Source: Pseudomonadota bacterium (GTDB lineage Bacteria; Pseudomonadota; Alphaproteobacteria; CADEGL01). Taken from it: DNA of 38,094 bases. The notes below the pieces were generated by a model. The model had not been told where the DNA came from, did not search any database, and was given only the letters and a program-made list of their open reading frames with translations. The translations under genes and the position numbers were made by a program. The first letter of the stretch is position 1. Every line of letters begins with the position of its first letter. Positions 35,662 to 38,094 of the stretch are shown one piece after another. The stretch lies in assembly GCA_027619995.1 (NCBI GenBank), contig JAQCGR010000003.1:1-38094 (forward strand), read 5' to 3'.

Positions 35662-37179
35662 ATGGCCGAGACGATTCTGATCAAGGGCGGGCGGGTCTAC
35701 GATCACGACGCCGACACGGACCGCCCGGCCCGGGCGGATATTCTGATCGAGGGCGATCGGATCGCCGGGATCGCGCCGGAGATTTCGGCCGAGCGCGCGG
35801 GCCGGGTGATCGACGGGGCCGACCGGCTGATCCTGCCCGGCTTCGTCAACGCCCATTACCATTCCCACGACACGATGCTGAAGGGGATGCTCAATCCCCT
35901 GCCCTTCGACATGTGGCTGCTCAACTGCCTGCCGCCGGCCTATCCACCGCGCAGCGCGGCCGAGCTGCGCGCCCGCACCATGCTGGGCGCGGCCGAATGC
36001 CTGAAAAGCGGCATCACCACCTTGCAGGACATGGTCACCCTGCATCCGATCAGCGAGGAGAACGTCGATACCGTCCTCGCCGCCTATGAGGAGATCGGCA
36101 TCCGCACCGTGCTCTCCCTGCAGATCGGCGATCGTTTCGGCATCGAGTTGACGCCCTTCTGGCGCGACTGCGTGCCCGAACATCTGCATGGCAGCCTGGG
36201 CTCGGCCGTCGAGGAAGGCGCGGGCGCAGGACCGTTCGAGCAGGCCGTCGCGCAATACCGCCGCATCGGCCAGGACCAGCAGCGCCTGACCTGGGCGCTC
36301 GGCCCCTCGACCCCGCTGCTCTGCACCCCGGACCTGCTGCGCCGGGTCGCGGCCCTGGCGGAAAGCGACGGCTTGCCGGTCATCACCCATGTCAACGAGG
36401 CCCGCACCGAGGCGCTGAGCGCCAAGACGATCCTGGCCGAGCATGGCGGTTCGCAGGTCGGCTATCTGCGCGACATGGGCTTGCTCGGCCCCGGCACCGG
36501 CATGGCCCATACCGTCTGGCTGACCGAAGCCGAGATCGACATGGTCACGGAGGCCGGCGCGACCGTCATCCTGAACCCGGCCAGCAACATGAAGACCCTG
36601 AGCGGCGCGGCGCCCGTGCCTCTCTATCTCGCCGCCGGGACCAAGGTGGCGCTGGGCTGCGACAATTGCAGCTGCAGCGATATCCAGAACACCTTCCTGG
36701 CGATGCGCCTGGTCTGCTCCCTCGCCGGCCTGCACGACCCCCAGCGCAGCGCGATCCCGCCCGGCGCCCAGGTGATCCGCTGGGCCACCGAGGGCGGCGC
36801 GGGCGCGCTCGGCCTCGCGGGCGAAGTCGGCGCCCTGAAGCCAGGCATGAAGGCGGACATGACCCTGCTCGACCTGGGCCGGCCCAGCTATCTCCCCTTC
36901 AACAGCGCGGCGCGCCAGACCGTGTTCAGCGAGGCGGGCGCGGCGGTCCATACCGTGTTTGTCGATGGCCGGGTGGTGCTGGAGGACGGGCATCTGACCA
37001 TGACGGACGAAGACGCCCTGCGCAGTGCCGTGGAAGAGGCAGCCGTGGACCTGCGCCGGGATTTCGCCGCGGTGAATGCGCGCTTCGAGGAGGTCTACGA
37101 CTATCTTCAGGAAGCCTGGCTGCGGAGCTGGCAGGAGGATATCGGCATCGCCCGCACCATCGCCCCGCCGCGCTTCTAG
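35662..37179 (+). CDS. Metal-dependent amidohydrolase (MTA/SAH deaminase, AtzA/TrzA-like clade)
   Basis: PGFVNAHYH (HxH), THVNE, AHTVW, NP.SN, ALGCD, AT..GA.ALG, G....G..AD; GGAGG RBS. Confidence 0.9.
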   Translation: MAETILIKGGRVYDHDADTDRPARADILIEGDRIAGIAPEISAERAGRVIDGADRLILPGFVNAHYHSHDTMLKGMLNPLPFDMWLLNCLPPAYPPRSAAELRARTMLGAAECLKSGITTLQDMVTLHPISEENVDTVLAAYEEIGIRTVLSLQIGDRFGIELTPFWRDCVPEHLHGSLGSAVEEGAGAGPFEQAVAQYRRIGQDQQRLTWALGPSTPLLCTPDLLRRVAALAESDGLPVITHVNEARTEALSAKTILAEHGGSQVGYLRDMGLLGPGTGMAHTVWLTEAEIDMVTEAGATVILNPASNMKTLSGAAPVPLYLAAGTKVALGCDNCSCSDIQNTFLAMRLVCSLAGLHDPQRSAIPPGAQVIRWATEGGAGALGLAGEVGALKPGMKADMTLLDLGRPSYLPFNSAARQTVFSEAGAAVHTVFVDGRVVLEDGHLTMTDEDALRSAVEEAAVDLRRDFAAVNARFEEVYDYLQEAWLRSWQEDIGIARTIAPPRF

Positions 37180-37910
37180 GTCGTAGCGCCGGCGGCCCCC
37201 TCAGCCAGACCGCGAACCGCGCGCTCCGCGTCTTCCGTCACTTTGCGCCAGCCCTCGCGGTCGTTGCCGGTATCGGCGAAGACCAGCGGCTTGCCCAGGG
37301 TCAGCGAAATCGCACCCCTACGCGGCAAGTTTCGTCCCGGCGGCAGCACGCCATGCGCGCCCGCGATATGGCAGGGCAGGACCGGCACGGCCGTGCCCGC
37401 AACCAGACGGCCCAGGCCCGACTTGAACGGGCCGAGCGCGCCATTGCGGCTGCGCGTGCCTTCCGGAAACAGGATGAAGACGCTGTGCCGGTCGACCAGG
37501 CGGCGGCGCAGCAGTTCCATGTGTTCTGGCCGGGTCCGGCCGCGCCAGATCGGCAGGGCGTTCAACATACCGGTCGCCAGGGCGGCGGTCGCGCGGGACA
37601 TGAAGAAGGTATCGCCGGCGGCCAGGGCGAAGGTCCGGTCGCACCAGCCGAGCGGCAGGGCCGCCGCGAGGACCGGCGAATCGAGATGGCTGGCATGGTT
37701 GGAGATCATCACGAAAGGCGGCTGCAAAGGCAGGTTCTCGCCGCCCCGGACGGTCAGCGAGCAGCCCGCGCGCAGGATCCCGCGCGCGGCCGCCCACCAG
37801 AGAAACCGCCCGGCGGCGCCGACGAGCCCCGTCTCGCGCCGGATCGACCGGAGGCGCTCGCCCGCGCTGAGATCGAGGTCTTCGGCCGGCTGCAATCGCC
37901 AATCCTGCAT
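37176..37910 (-). CDS. Lysophospholipid acyltransferase (PlsC family)
   Basis: NHASHLD (HX4D), AAGDTFF, FPEGTRS, FKSG; GGGAGGG RBS before ATG 37910. Confidence 0.9.
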   Translation of the reverse strand: MQDWRLQPAEDLDLSAGERLRSIRRETGLVGAAGRFLWWAAARGILRAGCSLTVRGGENLPLQPPFVMISNHASHLDSPVLAAALPLGWCDRTFALAAGDTFFMSRATAALATGMLNALPIWRGRTRPEHMELLRRRLVDRHSVFILFPEGTRSRNGALGPFKSGLGRLVAGTAVPVLPCHIAGAHGVLPPGRNLPRRGAISLTLGKPLVFADTGNDREGWRKVTEDAERAVRGLAEGAAGATT

Positions 37911-37921
37911 CCTGCCCTCCC

Positions 37922-38026
37922 TCACAAGAACAGGCGCTTGGCCTGATCCAGGCCGAAGCCGTTGATATAGGCGACATAGTGGAAGACTGCCGGGGCCACG
38001 AGCAGCAGGCTGTTGCAGCGGTCGAG
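37922..38026 (-). pseudogene. C-terminal fragment of a phosphatidate cytidylyltransferase (YnbB/CdsA-like)
   Basis: A frame absent from the ORF track reads LDRCNSLLLVAPAVFHYVAYINGFGLDQAKRLFL*, matching the (GHGG.)LDR.DSL...P..FH end of CTP_transf_1; the expected upstream GHGG codons are replaced by unrelated sequence. Confidence 0.7.
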
Positions 38027-38094
38027 TGTCCGTCATCAAAATATTTGGGACCACTGAGCCTGTTTCATAACGGAGGATCTGGCTCATCTTGGAT
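38027..38094 (+). mobile_element. Probable terminal of an insertion sequence (TGT-start, IS481-like); runs off the window
   Basis: Abrupt switch to more AT-rich sequence starting TGTCCGTCATCAAAATATTTGGGACC exactly at the gene break; TGAGCC...GGCTCA inverted repeat around a GGAGG; no transposase visible. Confidence 0.5.

Noticed and set aside
33976-37179. Giant overlapping ORFs of 1005 aa (minus) and 984 aa (plus) as fusion proteins
   Set aside because: Each is a real gene extended by the stop-free antisense frame of its divergent neighbour; family motifs start only at 35511 and 35662
1-38094. CRISPR arrays, tRNA/rRNA genes, prophage, anti-phage defence genes, full-length transposases
   Set aside because: No repeat-spacer periodicity, structural RNA signature or matching protein motifs were seen

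Overview
A GC-rich, gene-dense 38 kb chromosomal segment, probably from an alphaproteobacterium (inferred from gene families and promoter styles). It is mostly accessory catabolic and redox genes. In order: a beta-alanine/omega-amino acid:pyruvate aminotransferase; a small unknown ORF behind a sigma-54-type promoter; a guanidinopropionase-like ureohydrolase; an oxalate-CoA-ligase-like synthetase coupled to a PanE2-like reductase; a short-Q-loop cytochrome bd oxidase (cydAB) followed by a DUF1289 gene; an atypical SDR; an opine-oxidase-like three-subunit flavoenzyme divergent from a Rieske oxygenase-Rid-class II aldolase-AKR run; two tandem divergent GlpD-like flavoproteins (one frameshifted); SnoaL, carnitine-dehydrogenase-like, SLC13 and MOSC genes; acoABC followed by an EamA transporter with an internal TAG, an M20 hydrolase and a lipoprotein; nadX-like and dusA; a compositionally distinct cobalamin riboswitch-cbtB-cbtA-DUF1289-fusion module; GFA, acyl-CoA synthetase, amidohydrolase and PlsC-like genes; and a phosphatidate-cytidylyltransferase-like gene cut off by a probable IS end at the right edge. 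Best candidates for undescribed biology: the B12-riboswitch module with its uncharacterised Cys-motif fusion protein next to dusA, the opine-oxidase/Rieske/Rid/aldolase cluster that has no reductase gene, and the non-canonical GlpD-like pair. All family calls come from recognising motifs by eye; no database searches were run.
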